From: a virus
Lineage: Duplodnaviria; Caudoviricetes
Length of the DNA stretch: 55,041 bases
Virus record (IMG/VR): IMGVR_UViG_3300023116_000059
Coordinates: 1 to 55,041 of that record
Reading direction: 5' to 3' (one strand)
Each line of letters begins with the position of its first letter. Position 1 is the first letter of the stretch. The notes beneath the pieces were generated by a model that had not been told where the DNA came from, made no database searches, and worked only from the letters and a program-made list of their open reading frames with translations. Below, piece by piece: positions 1 to 8,211 of this stretch. The position numbers were made by a program, and so were the translations under genes.

Positions 1-15
1 TCTTGTGTATGCCAT
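1..15 (-). CDS. 5' end of next late gene (MAYTR..., truncated by window edge)
   Basis: ATG at 13-15 on minus, preceded by AGAGGT SD and ATAAATA late promoter (35-41); only 5 codons visible. Confidence 0.35.
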
Positions 16-34
16 CTAGATTACACCTCTGAGA

Positions 35-41
35 TATTTAT
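35..41 (-). promoter_or_regulatory. T4-like late promoter ATAAATA
   Basis: tatttat on + strand, overlapping gp16 stop, inside a short dyad gagata-tt-tatctc. Confidence 0.55.
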
Positions 42-439
42 CTCTTGTTGCCGTTCATCTGCTTCAGCATCTTCTGAAGTTCCGCAGTGCTACCGACAAA
101 CATAGCGTTGTTGGTGACCTTGGATGGACCTTTCTTTTCTTCGTCAAGATCCTTCATTTTCTTATGAAGATCCTGTAGTTTCTCAGTCATGTCTGCAACA
201 TGCTTCATTGCCGCTACAGCGACCTCATACGCTCTTGGGTGCCCTGACTCCTGAGCGACCTCTAAAGCGCCTCTGACCGCCTCCTGACCCTGATCTATGA
301 GGCTGTATAGTTCGCCTCTGGTATATTCATAATCTTTTTGGCGATCGTCATCAGTTTTCTCAACCTTTACTGGTGGTTTATCCACCACAGGTTCAGCACT
401 GATATTGAGGATCCCCTCCATGTTTTCTTCTAGGCTCAT
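38..439 (-). CDS. gp16: Terminase small subunit
   Basis: DYEYTR...HPRAYEV...TNNAMFVGSTAELQKML motifs; directly follows gp15. Confidence 0.93.
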   Translation of the reverse strand: MSLEENMEGILNISAEPVVDKPPVKVEKTDDDRQKDYEYTRGELYSLIDQGQEAVRGALEVAQESGHPRAYEVAVAAMKHVADMTEKLQDLHKKMKDLDEEKKGPSKVTNNAMFVGSTAELQKMLKQMNGNKR

Positions 440-1236
440 AAGAATTCAATTCCTTCATTAAATCCAAAGTCATCACCAGCATCAACCAGAGCGTCATCAT
501 TAACATCAATGACACCATCTTCGTTGATATCGGTAACTGCTTTGGGAGTATATGTTCGTGTAACTGTTCTGCGATTGACAGATAAATCTCCAATTGTTTC
601 GTGGATGATTGCTTTCTTGATGACATCCGCAGTATTGTAAGGACCGTAGAGATAAGACTTCATTGTGAAGTTTAGAGTGTAAACAATATATCTACGCTCT
701 AAAAAACTATCATCCCATGCATCTTCATAACTTACATTATTCAAAACAATAGCAATATCTCTCTTCTCATTCATGTCTGGGATCATGTTGAGAGTTAATG
801 AAAATGATGGTTGAAAATATGGTAGAATTTGCTCTACAATTTGCAAAGCATCGTCTTGAGATTTTGCAATAACTCCTAGTTCAAAACTTAGATTATAAGG
901 AATAGGAACATATTGCACTCGGACTTCATTACCATTACCATCAATGATCGTTTTATATTTTTGAATTGGTGATGTCTTACGGGTAGAATCGTAGTCAATG
1001 CTTGTCATCTCAAAATAGAGACGTGGTAGAGTGATTGCTACTTTTCTAGTTGATGCTCCTTCTTCTAAACGAACTAGGAATTTTTGTTTAGGTCCATAAG
1101 CTAATGGAACTTTTATTTCTTCCAGAACTGTCCCATCACTAGGATCTGTACTTTTCAATGTGATATTATTGAAAAGCGTACCAAATGCTACAATATTTTT
1201 GCGAACAATTTGATTGTAAAAATGTGACCCTAACAT
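436..1236 (-). CDS. gp15: Tail sheath stabiliser / tail terminator
   Basis: FYNQIVRKNIVAFGTLFNNI, VPLAYGPKQKFL, QIVEQILPYFQP motifs; synteny gp13-14-15-16. Confidence 0.95.
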   Translation of the reverse strand: MLGSHFYNQIVRKNIVAFGTLFNNITLKSTDPSDGTVLEEIKVPLAYGPKQKFLVRLEEGASTRKVAITLPRLYFEMTSIDYDSTRKTSPIQKYKTIIDGNGNEVRVQYVPIPYNLSFELGVIAKSQDDALQIVEQILPYFQPSFSLTLNMIPDMNEKRDIAIVLNNVSYEDAWDDSFLERRYIVYTLNFTMKSYLYGPYNTADVIKKAIIHETIGDLSVNRRTVTRTYTPKAVTDINEDGVIDVNDDALVDAGDDFGFNEGIEFL

Positions 1237-2360
1237 TAGATACTACCTGTATAATTACCAGCTTCACCAAACGGATTTCCTTCCGTCCAATCAATGATGT
1301 CGTCAGCTTCATCTTCGATCACTCTATTTTGATCGTAGTTGCTGTTCACATTATTTAGAGTGTCAAATGTCTCTGGAGACCACTTAGCACCAGAAGTTAG
1401 ACCAGTAATTACTTCAGCAGTAGTAAACGTTCCTGTTCTGTTGATGACTTGGAGAGATCTGGTTGTGCTATCCCAAGACTTGACTTCTGCTCTGTTGTCT
1501 TTTGGTGAGTAGTCAATGGTAACGATAGGTGCTGAAGTATACCCAGAACCACCGTTAGTGATAAGGATGCCATTAACAATACCAGTCGAGCTAACTGTTG
1601 CAGTTGCTGTTGCACCTATACCACCTCCTCCAGAAATAGTTACCGATGGTGGTGTCGCTTGCTTATAGTGTGATCCACCATCGGTAATAGTTATGCTAGT
1701 AACAGCATCACCTGTAATAGTTGATGTTGCCTTAGCAAGGAATTCATCGCCAACAATTTCTTCACCTACAATAAAGTCTCCAGATCCACCAGGATCCATG
1801 TAAAGTCTGATAGCATTATCAAAGAGTTGTTCCATCTCATCAATTTCTGCAACTCCAGTATCAAAGTCATCACTACCATATTCATAGATCTCAGCAGTGA
1901 TAGCATAGAATTGGATCTTGCCAAACTGGAAAAATGGTTCTTCCTTACCAACAAACTTGATTTCGTAGACATCTTTTGTTAGTGGAAAGTATAGTAGATC
2001 CCCTTCATTGGGTCTACTATCGATTACTAGGTTTGGATTGTGTTGTGCTACTTCTTCATCCCAACGTCTTGTAGACACACGAAAAATAATCTCATCTGTA
2101 ATTCTTAGACCGAACTTGGAGATGAACTCTGCATTGTCAGCAAAACCCTGAACATTTTGCAACAACATTTCAATTTGAAACTGTTCTTCGTACTTAGAGA
2201 AGCGTACTTCATCCAGAGTGCTGTCTTGTAGAACTATCCTAGGGATATAGTATACATCTGAACCAAACAGTTTGATTTGCTCATCCACAAGATCCTGAAC
2301 GAGACCTTGTTCGCCACTGTGACCTTGGTAGTAAGTTGGAAAGTAGGGACTGGTAGGCAT
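1236..2360 (-). CDS. gp14: Neck protein gp14 with inserted GxGY-repeat domain
   Basis: EQIKLFGSDVYYIPR, RPNEGDLLYFP, PFFQFGK, C-terminal EGNPFG. Confidence 0.93.
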   Translation of the reverse strand: MPTSPYFPTYYQGHSGEQGLVQDLVDEQIKLFGSDVYYIPRIVLQDSTLDEVRFSKYEEQFQIEMLLQNVQGFADNAEFISKFGLRITDEIIFRVSTRRWDEEVAQHNPNLVIDSRPNEGDLLYFPLTKDVYEIKFVGKEEPFFQFGKIQFYAITAEIYEYGSDDFDTGVAEIDEMEQLFDNAIRLYMDPGGSGDFIVGEEIVGDEFLAKATSTITGDAVTSITITDGGSHYKQATPPSVTISGGGGIGATATATVSSTGIVNGILITNGGSGYTSAPIVTIDYSPKDNRAEVKSWDSTTRSLQVINRTGTFTTAEVITGLTSGAKWSPETFDTLNNVNSNYDQNRVIEDEADDIIDWTEGNPFGEAGNYTGSI

Positions 2361-2361
2361 C

Positions 2362-3162
2362 TTATCCGATCATATCCATTGGTGGGATTGCATACTTGCT
2401 GAGAACTTCGCTTTCGATTTTCTCAATTTCTGCTAGTGCGTCTGTGTAGATTTCTCTACCGTTAAGAGTAACACCGCCAGGTAATTGAACGTTGTTATAC
2501 TTAATTAGATTCATGCCCCACATCTTTTTCATCAGTGAGGTAGCATATCTTTTTACAAACATATCATTATACATTTCCGTAGCGTCTGTTGGATCAATAA
2601 GACGATGACACTCAATGAGGATATTAGACCCTTCTTTGAGAAAGTCTTTATCTAAATCCATATAGAGACGATCGCGGCGTTGTGTATATCTAAATTGCTG
2701 GAAGGATCCATTGTTAAGAACCATATCCAGTGTCTCTAGATATTGCTTGTTCATGTAATAGTTAAGAATATCAAGTGATCCAAATGCATAGAGATCATTC
2801 AAGAACAGTTGATATTCAACACCAAAAAGATTCGAACGGATTGAATTGCTGACAAGACCAAATACTCTGGTGATACCAACTACATGATCTGGGATTGGAA
2901 TATAGTTAGTAGTCTCTTTCCAGTCCGTTGATCCCTCTGTAGTAGTTACACTAGCAGCGAATCTTGTCTTATCATCAGCAGTAATTTCATGGAATAGATA
3001 TGCACGCTCCATACCGTTGTAGCAGTTCTCTTGAAAGAACTGAATGGTATCATCAATAACGTTGTTTACTTGCTCGTCATCAATGTTAACTTGGAGAACA
3101 GGCTCACCAAGCTGCCTCTTACAGTATGTGATAAGTTCAGCTCTTGAATTTGGAGATGCCAT
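2362..3162 (-). CDS. gp13: Neck protein gp13 (probable start MASPNSR at 3162)
   Basis: YCKRQLGEPVLQVNIDDEQ, WGMNLIKYNNVQLPGGVTLNG, PPMDMIG. Confidence 0.95.
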   Translation of the reverse strand: MASPNSRAELITYCKRQLGEPVLQVNIDDEQVNNVIDDTIQFFQENCYNGMERAYLFHEITADDKTRFAASVTTTEGSTDWKETTNYIPIPDHVVGITRVFGLVSNSIRSNLFGVEYQLFLNDLYAFGSLDILNYYMNKQYLETLDMVLNNGSFQQFRYTQRRDRLYMDLDKDFLKEGSNILIECHRLIDPTDATEMYNDMFVKRYATSLMKKMWGMNLIKYNNVQLPGGVTLNGREIYTDALAEIEKIESEVLSKYAIPPMDMIG

Positions 3163-3171
3163 TACACACAA

Positions 3172-3206
3172 AAATCCCTTCTTACCTATTTAGGAAGAAG
3201 GGATTT
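3172..3206 (-). terminator. Perfect 12-bp stem hairpin with late promoter CTAAATA (3187-3193) in the loop
   Basis: aaatcccttctt / aagaagggattt inverted repeat; on minus it ends in a T-rich run. Confidence 0.7.
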
Positions 3207-3211
3207 AGTAT

Positions 3212-3397
3212 TTATTCTGCTGGTGTTTCTTCTGGCGTTTTTGATTCTCCTGCTAGAAGTCCAAGAGTTTCCAATCCACCAGTTAACTTTAATCTGTATT
3301 CTTTTGCTTTCTCTAGTTGCTTTTCCAGTTCAATAATTTGTTTTTCTGTTTCAGCAATCTGCTTTTCAAAATTTTCTTTAAGTTGTGTAGGATCCAT
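3212..3397 (-). CDS. Small coiled-coil hypothetical protein
   Basis: 61 aa, heptad-rich; GAGG SD upstream. Confidence 0.75.
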   Translation of the reverse strand: MDPTQLKENFEKQIAETEKQIIELEKQLEKAKEYRLKLTGGLETLGLLAGESKTPEETPAE

Positions 3398-3404
3398 AAT
3401 AACC

Positions 3405-3698
3405 TCAAGTGAATGTAATTTTAGACTCTTCTTTCAGAATTTTTGTTCTGATAAGATCCATAGTTTCTAGTGCTGCCTCAAGTTTAGTAACCATGGTTTT
3501 GAGACCATTGTACTCAGTAAGATCAACACGAGTCATGGAAGCTGTAGCTGCTTCTAGTTCTTTGCCTTTTGCTTCTACACGCTCTCTTGCTTCAGTTAAC
3601 TGAGAAACAAAACCTTCCCACATAGAATCAAAAGTAACTTCTTCTTCTTGTGTTTCTTCTTCTTGTGTTTCTTCTGTAATTACAACTTCGTCAGACAT
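3405..3698 (-). CDS. Small acidic coiled-coil hypothetical protein
   Basis: 97 aa; GAGG SD and a perfect TATAAATA upstream. Confidence 0.75.
   Translation of the reverse strand: MSDEVVITEETQEEETQEEEVTFDSMWEGFVSQLTEARERVEAKGKELEAATASMTRVDLTEYNGLKTMVTKLEAALETMDLIRTKILKEESKITFT
3639..3675. repeat. 15-bp tandem repeat (~2.5 copies) encoding EETQE units
   Basis: ttcttcttcttgtgt x2 plus partial copy. Confidence 0.8.
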
Positions 3699-3707
3699 AG
3701 TAATACC

Positions 3708-4283
3708 TCATGGTGATTTATTTATAGTTCGTGTAGATTGGTCCATTCCAAGGTGTGGTCGGGTATCCCACTTAAGATGTGAATACTTTCCATCAGCATA
3801 AACATACTGCAGAAACGCTTGTACATGTTCAGTACCTGTGTATGGATTTCTCCAATGCGGTATCTCCGCACCAGATGAAATTACGATACTACCAGGATCT
3901 AGATCAAATTCTTTTGTTTCTCCATTAACCTCAAAACACAATGGCCATGGTGAGTCTTTACGCAGACAACAACTAGCAGTTACTTCTGAACTTGGTCTGT
4001 CTGTATGTCGTTTTAACTCACTACCATTCTCGTAAATTCTAGCATATGAGTAAGTAGGAAACAACTTTCTACCAACTGCTTCTTCTATTACTGGTTGTAT
4101 GTACAACGATAATGCTTCGAAGCACAGTGGACCATACCATGCAAATGCATTTGGAACTTCTTCCTCATCAAATCCCATGCCATTATCATAGATCCTCATG
4201 ACATCACGCATCATCGTGAACTCAAGATCCATTATCTTTACCACTTCTGGTGGTATAGCATCCTTTACTTCAAGTAAGAACAT
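3708..4283 (-). CDS. 2OG-Fe(II) oxygenase-like protein
   Basis: YARIY...LKRHTDRPS (HxD) and distal PHWR. Confidence 0.8.
   Translation of the reverse strand: MFLLEVKDAIPPEVVKIMDLEFTMMRDVMRIYDNGMGFDEEEVPNAFAWYGPLCFEALSLYIQPVIEEAVGRKLFPTYSYARIYENGSELKRHTDRPSSEVTASCCLRKDSPWPLCFEVNGETKEFDLDPGSIVISSGAEIPHWRNPYTGTEHVQAFLQYVYADGKYSHLKWDTRPHLGMDQSTRTINKSP
3719..3726 (-). promoter_or_regulatory. T4 late promoter TATAAATA
   Basis: tatttata on +, about 20 nt upstream of the 3698 start. Confidence 0.7.
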
Positions 4284-4944
4284 AATGATTTCTATCTAGA
4301 TTTGTATAAGATGGTTCATACTTCTTAGACCTACATGGAATGCTAATGGATAATCTCTTATTAGATGGAATTGCTTGGTGAAATGTGCGAGAAGGTATGT
4401 AGATTACATCGCCAGGTTCTAGTGTCTCTTCAAATTCCAAATCTAATTTGGGTATCATACTGTTAATTTCTTCTTGGGGAAGTAAATCAGATGCAACATT
4501 TTTGAATAATCTCCATGTTGTAGTTCCTTCCACTTGAACAATAAAGTTTGGTGGAATATCTACATGGGGAGCAAAAGACTGAGACTTTGAAAGACCGCCG
4601 TATATGTGTGCATCACAAAGAACTGGGAAATATTCTTCTATAAGTTTACATAGATCATTAATCTCTTTGTTGTATGAAGAATATTGTAAGATAACAAAAC
4701 ACAATCCTTGGCGAATCTTATCGACAATAAATCTCTTGTCTTGTACATAATTACCATACCAAAAATACTTCTGATATGGAATATCAATTTTGTTGCCAGC
4801 CTCAATAAGTTCAACAAACAGTTTATTGGTATTAATAATCTCCTCTACAATTTTCCAAGATACCAATCCGCTGGGATCAATAACTTCTCTTCCAACAACT
4901 GGTTTGTCGTTGTACTTATCAATTTTACCCAAAAAGTTTTTCAT
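4270..4944 (-). CDS. JmjC/cupin-type hydroxylase
   Basis: SFAPHVD (HxD), VQVEGTTTW, LEPGDVIYIPSRTFHQA, RLSISI. Confidence 0.85.
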   Translation of the reverse strand: MKNFLGKIDKYNDKPVVGREVIDPSGLVSWKIVEEIINTNKLFVELIEAGNKIDIPYQKYFWYGNYVQDKRFIVDKIRQGLCFVILQYSSYNKEINDLCKLIEEYFPVLCDAHIYGGLSKSQSFAPHVDIPPNFIVQVEGTTTWRLFKNVASDLLPQEEINSMIPKLDLEFEETLEPGDVIYIPSRTFHQAIPSNKRLSISIPCRSKKYEPSYTNLDRNHYVLT

Positions 4945-5515
4945 GAAAATTAAATGTTAAGACCACTCGTGCGTTTGTTTCTTTGGGTGAAGAACTTGCA
5001 TGGTATTGCTTACCATCAAAAATTGCAATCCTACCTTGTTTTGGTGTGATGCGATGCATTACACTATATTCATTAGACTCTTCTGTCTCGTTGAATACAA
5101 ATGTATCACCGTCAGAATCATTCACATAATATAAACATGTGAATGTTTGACCAGTAACTATTTCTGGATTGTGATCAATGTGGGGATGATTCCACTCTTG
5201 CTTAAATTCTCTATTGTTCCAAACATTGGAAATATTCAATCCACATCTAATTCTAAACAAATGTAATGGTTTATGATACCCAATCTGTTCTTCAATAAAA
5301 AATGACATCCATTTAAAATAGTCATAAGAAGATCCTCTGGGATTGTATTCGTTGAATGGTGTGTGGTGAAATCCTGGTTGAGCATACTCACCTTGAACAA
5401 ATGCATTCCTAGTGATGTCTTGGATGTAATACCAAGGAAAATAATCACCAAAGCAATAACTATGAAGATCTTCTTGTAAACGAACAGGTACTATATTGTC
5501 AACTACTTTAAACAT
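4925..5515 (-). CDS. 2OG-Fe(II) oxygenase
   Basis: HPHID, LYYVNDSDGDT, FDGKQYHASSSP, RVVLTFN. Confidence 0.85.
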   Translation of the reverse strand: MFKVVDNIVPVRLQEDLHSYCFGDYFPWYYIQDITRNAFVQGEYAQPGFHHTPFNEYNPRGSSYDYFKWMSFFIEEQIGYHKPLHLFRIRCGLNISNVWNNREFKQEWNHPHIDHNPEIVTGQTFTCLYYVNDSDGDTFVFNETEESNEYSVMHRITPKQGRIAIFDGKQYHASSSPKETNARVVLTFNFHEKLFG

Positions 5516-6092
5516 TTTTTGCCCTCACATTAAACGCCATTGATATTCTATCATCATTACTACTAGACTTTTCTACAGAGTGTCGCAACCACGATGGAAA
5601 TATAACCATCATATTTGGAATGCTATTATACCTCCACATTGATGCTGCTAATCTGGAAGTATTAATTCCAAACTTAGATGCAATCATATAATCTTCATTT
5701 GAGTCTCTCTCAAAATTGATACCACCAGCATTCACATCCGACTTAATGTAAACACATCCAGAAAAACATGAACCCACATGTGCATGAGATTTATTGTAAT
5801 CTCCTTTCTTGTTAATGTTGAACCAAAAGTTTTGCAACTCTGGTATATCTTGTGAACCATATTCGAGAAAACACATACGAAGGTTTCCCTTTAAGAACTT
5901 TAGAAAGTTCTCAAATAGTTCTGGTGGTAGTTGATCTTCTGTGAAATCTTCTGATTGCCAACCTCCAGCATTAGAGATGACTCTTCCGTCACTTCTCTCG
6001 CGCAAGTTGTAAACAAATTCTTCTACTTTTGGTAGATCTAAGTTTGCGTCAACCGACCAAATGGGAGTCGGGAAAATATATTCAAGATTCAT
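5508..6092 (-). CDS. Putative 2OG-Fe(II) oxygenase, TIGR02466-like (probable start MNLEYIFPTP)
   Basis: FPTPIW, SNAGGWQS, HAH..SCFSGCVY, FPSWLRHSV, RISMAFN; ATGA overlap with upstream gene. Confidence 0.85.
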   Translation of the reverse strand: MNLEYIFPTPIWSVDANLDLPKVEEFVYNLRERSDGRVISNAGGWQSEDFTEDQLPPELFENFLKFLKGNLRMCFLEYGSQDIPELQNFWFNINKKGDYNKSHAHVGSCFSGCVYIKSDVNAGGINFERDSNEDYMIASKFGINTSRLAASMWRYNSIPNMMVIFPSWLRHSVEKSSSNDDRISMAFNVRAKNV

Positions 6093-6829
6093 ACAGTAAA
6101 TGTCGCAAAAGTATGTGACCATCTAAAATCTACACTGTCTTCAATATATGGAGTGTGTGAGATATTTGGATGATACATCGTCATACAACTATATTTAGTT
6201 GGTGCCATGCCAAGGGGTTCGAACCCCCAGTAGAGTGCTTCTTCATCCGAGAAGTTGGTAAACCTCTCTTCCCTTTCTCTAGCACCCATGCTGTGCCACT
6301 CGTTGTATAAAGGATGCTCAGAGTCAACATGGAAGTCATAACTAACGCCATACTCTTTTCCTTTGTATTTGAATATACGAGTGCCAGTCTCGGTTTCTGT
6401 GTGATCTGTAAACCATAGATTTGCTACAAGACCACTACCGTAGTCTCTGTGTGGTAGTCTCCACCTTTTGATAGGTCTACATTCATCTTTCCAATATAGA
6501 TTTCCCCAATCATTAAATCCAGTTCTATATGGAGGTGGACCATATATGTTACTAATCAATTTATTAATTTTGTTTGTAGCAAATGTTGCTAAATGAATAG
6601 TGGCGAAAGGATTTGTATCTTCAAACTCTGGTTCATTGTTCATGCGCCAAATAGGATTTGAATTTACGAATTTTTTAAATTTTTCAAAACTACCATCAAC
6701 AAAAGGGCACTCAGTTACCCAGTAACCGATGCCCTTCTCTAGTTCAAAATATTCTTTTTCAATCTTTTCCTTAACAAGGATCTCTGTGTCAAAATAAACA
6801 GACGATGGATTTAATCTATTGAATTTCAT
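6089..6829 (-). CDS. 2OG-Fe(II) oxygenase-like protein
   Basis: LPHRD (HxD), GTRIF, distal HTPY. Confidence 0.7.
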   Translation of the reverse strand: MKFNRLNPSSVYFDTEILVKEKIEKEYFELEKGIGYWVTECPFVDGSFEKFKKFVNSNPIWRMNNEPEFEDTNPFATIHLATFATNKINKLISNIYGPPPYRTGFNDWGNLYWKDECRPIKRWRLPHRDYGSGLVANLWFTDHTETETGTRIFKYKGKEYGVSYDFHVDSEHPLYNEWHSMGAREREERFTNFSDEEALYWGFEPLGMAPTKYSCMTMYHPNISHTPYIEDSVDFRWSHTFATFTV

Positions 6830-7418
6830 GACCTATGTAATTAAAAGAGATTGCTATTCTTTCTTTATCCGAGACATATGTTGGAACTCTATGTCTTACC
6901 CACGAGGGAAACAAAATAAACTCATACTGTTCACATGGCACTGGCTCTGATATAGTATCAATTCCGTTCATAGACTTATATGGAGTTAACCTTTTAATAT
7001 AATCCAAAGGATCGCATAACTGAATATGACCATCATGAAAAGGTTTTCTAAAATAGAATACACCAGAAATATGGGAGTTGCCATAGTACCCATCATTGTG
7101 AGAATGTTCTGCTGTTGTATCTTTGCAGGTGTGGTGGTTTGCCCAAGAATCTCTTATGCGTACATCTAGATTTGCATAGTTAAGAATGTCCCAATATCTT
7201 TTTACTTCTTCTGTCAGAGGTTCGAACAACCAATCAAAAACTTTATTTTCATGTAGTGTTAAACCAAACTGTCCTGTAGACTTTCCACTTTCTCCTGCCC
7301 AATAATTTGACGGGCAATGAGAAAATGCTGACTTCAAAAAATTATAAGAATCTAAATCTTCTTGCTCGGTTGGTATAATACTACCTTCGTATATTTTTAG
7401 AGAAAATAAATTAATCAT
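6816..7418 (-). CDS. Putative 2OG-Fe(II) oxygenase, TIGR02466-like
   Basis: SWAN, EHSH...SGVFY, FPSWVRHRV, RIAISFN. Confidence 0.85.
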   Translation of the reverse strand: MINLFSLKIYEGSIIPTEQEDLDSYNFLKSAFSHCPSNYWAGESGKSTGQFGLTLHENKVFDWLFEPLTEEVKRYWDILNYANLDVRIRDSWANHHTCKDTTAEHSHNDGYYGNSHISGVFYFRKPFHDGHIQLCDPLDYIKRLTPYKSMNGIDTISEPVPCEQYEFILFPSWVRHRVPTYVSDKERIAISFNYIGHEIQ

Positions 7419-8211
7419 AGTATTTCTTAAGTACCTTTAGAACTCTGCCGAGTTTATTTTTCATGTTGGCCATATATGGTTGTGTATGGTCATAAACAAA
7501 ATTCATTTCTTGTTCACATCTATAATCGGATTCTGTAGCATCCTCAGATGTAAAAGAAAGACCATGCAAAAGTCTTCTGGATATAGGAATGTATTGTGCT
7601 AAAGGAGTTCCTGCTTCTAATACAGTTTGTCCTTCTAGTTTGTGCCAAAACAATTGTATGTTAACTTCATATGCAATTTTAGGATCTAAAATTCCTTGTA
7701 CAGCACTGAATCTAGTTTCATTTACAAATGGCACTTTTGTAACCAGAAAAATAATGTCATCATCAGATGTTATCCGCCAAGGAGTGTTTATCTTTAAGAC
7801 ATTTTTATATGTACTAGTGCTTGAATCAATCAACCATTTTGATACTGCTTCCTCGTGTAGAGTTGCGTATGGTGTACCAGAAACTAATGTTGGAGCTTGA
7901 AGACTCATATTGCCGTCATTCATACTGATAACAACATCAGCACAATTTCTAACAATTAATCCATGGTTCATAATTGAATGAACTGCTGGACAATTGTTAA
8001 TACTATGAATCTCTCCTGTGTATCCTTTGGCGGCATTAAAAATTTTTGCCATAGGACACTTAGATTTTCTTTCCTGATAATCTTCTTGCTCTTCTGCAAT
8101 CCAATCTCTCTTCAGAAATTTGGATGAAATTACAGGATATAGTGTATTTACTGCAGGAAGTAAACTAAAAAATCTAACAGATGGACTCTTCTTTTTGCGA
8201 CGAGTAAACAT
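7411..8211 (-). CDS. Conserved cyanophage hypothetical protein (CPA...GTPLAQYIP type)
   Basis: NCPAVHSIMNHG, KINTPW, AGTPLAQYIP; lies between the halogenase and the oxygenases. Confidence 0.7.
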   Translation of the reverse strand: MFTRRKKKSPSVRFFSLLPAVNTLYPVISSKFLKRDWIAEEQEDYQERKSKCPMAKIFNAAKGYTGEIHSINNCPAVHSIMNHGLIVRNCADVVISMNDGNMSLQAPTLVSGTPYATLHEEAVSKWLIDSSTSTYKNVLKINTPWRITSDDDIIFLVTKVPFVNETRFSAVQGILDPKIAYEVNIQLFWHKLEGQTVLEAGTPLAQYIPISRRLLHGLSFTSEDATESDYRCEQEMNFVYDHTQPYMANMKNKLGRVLKVLKKYYD

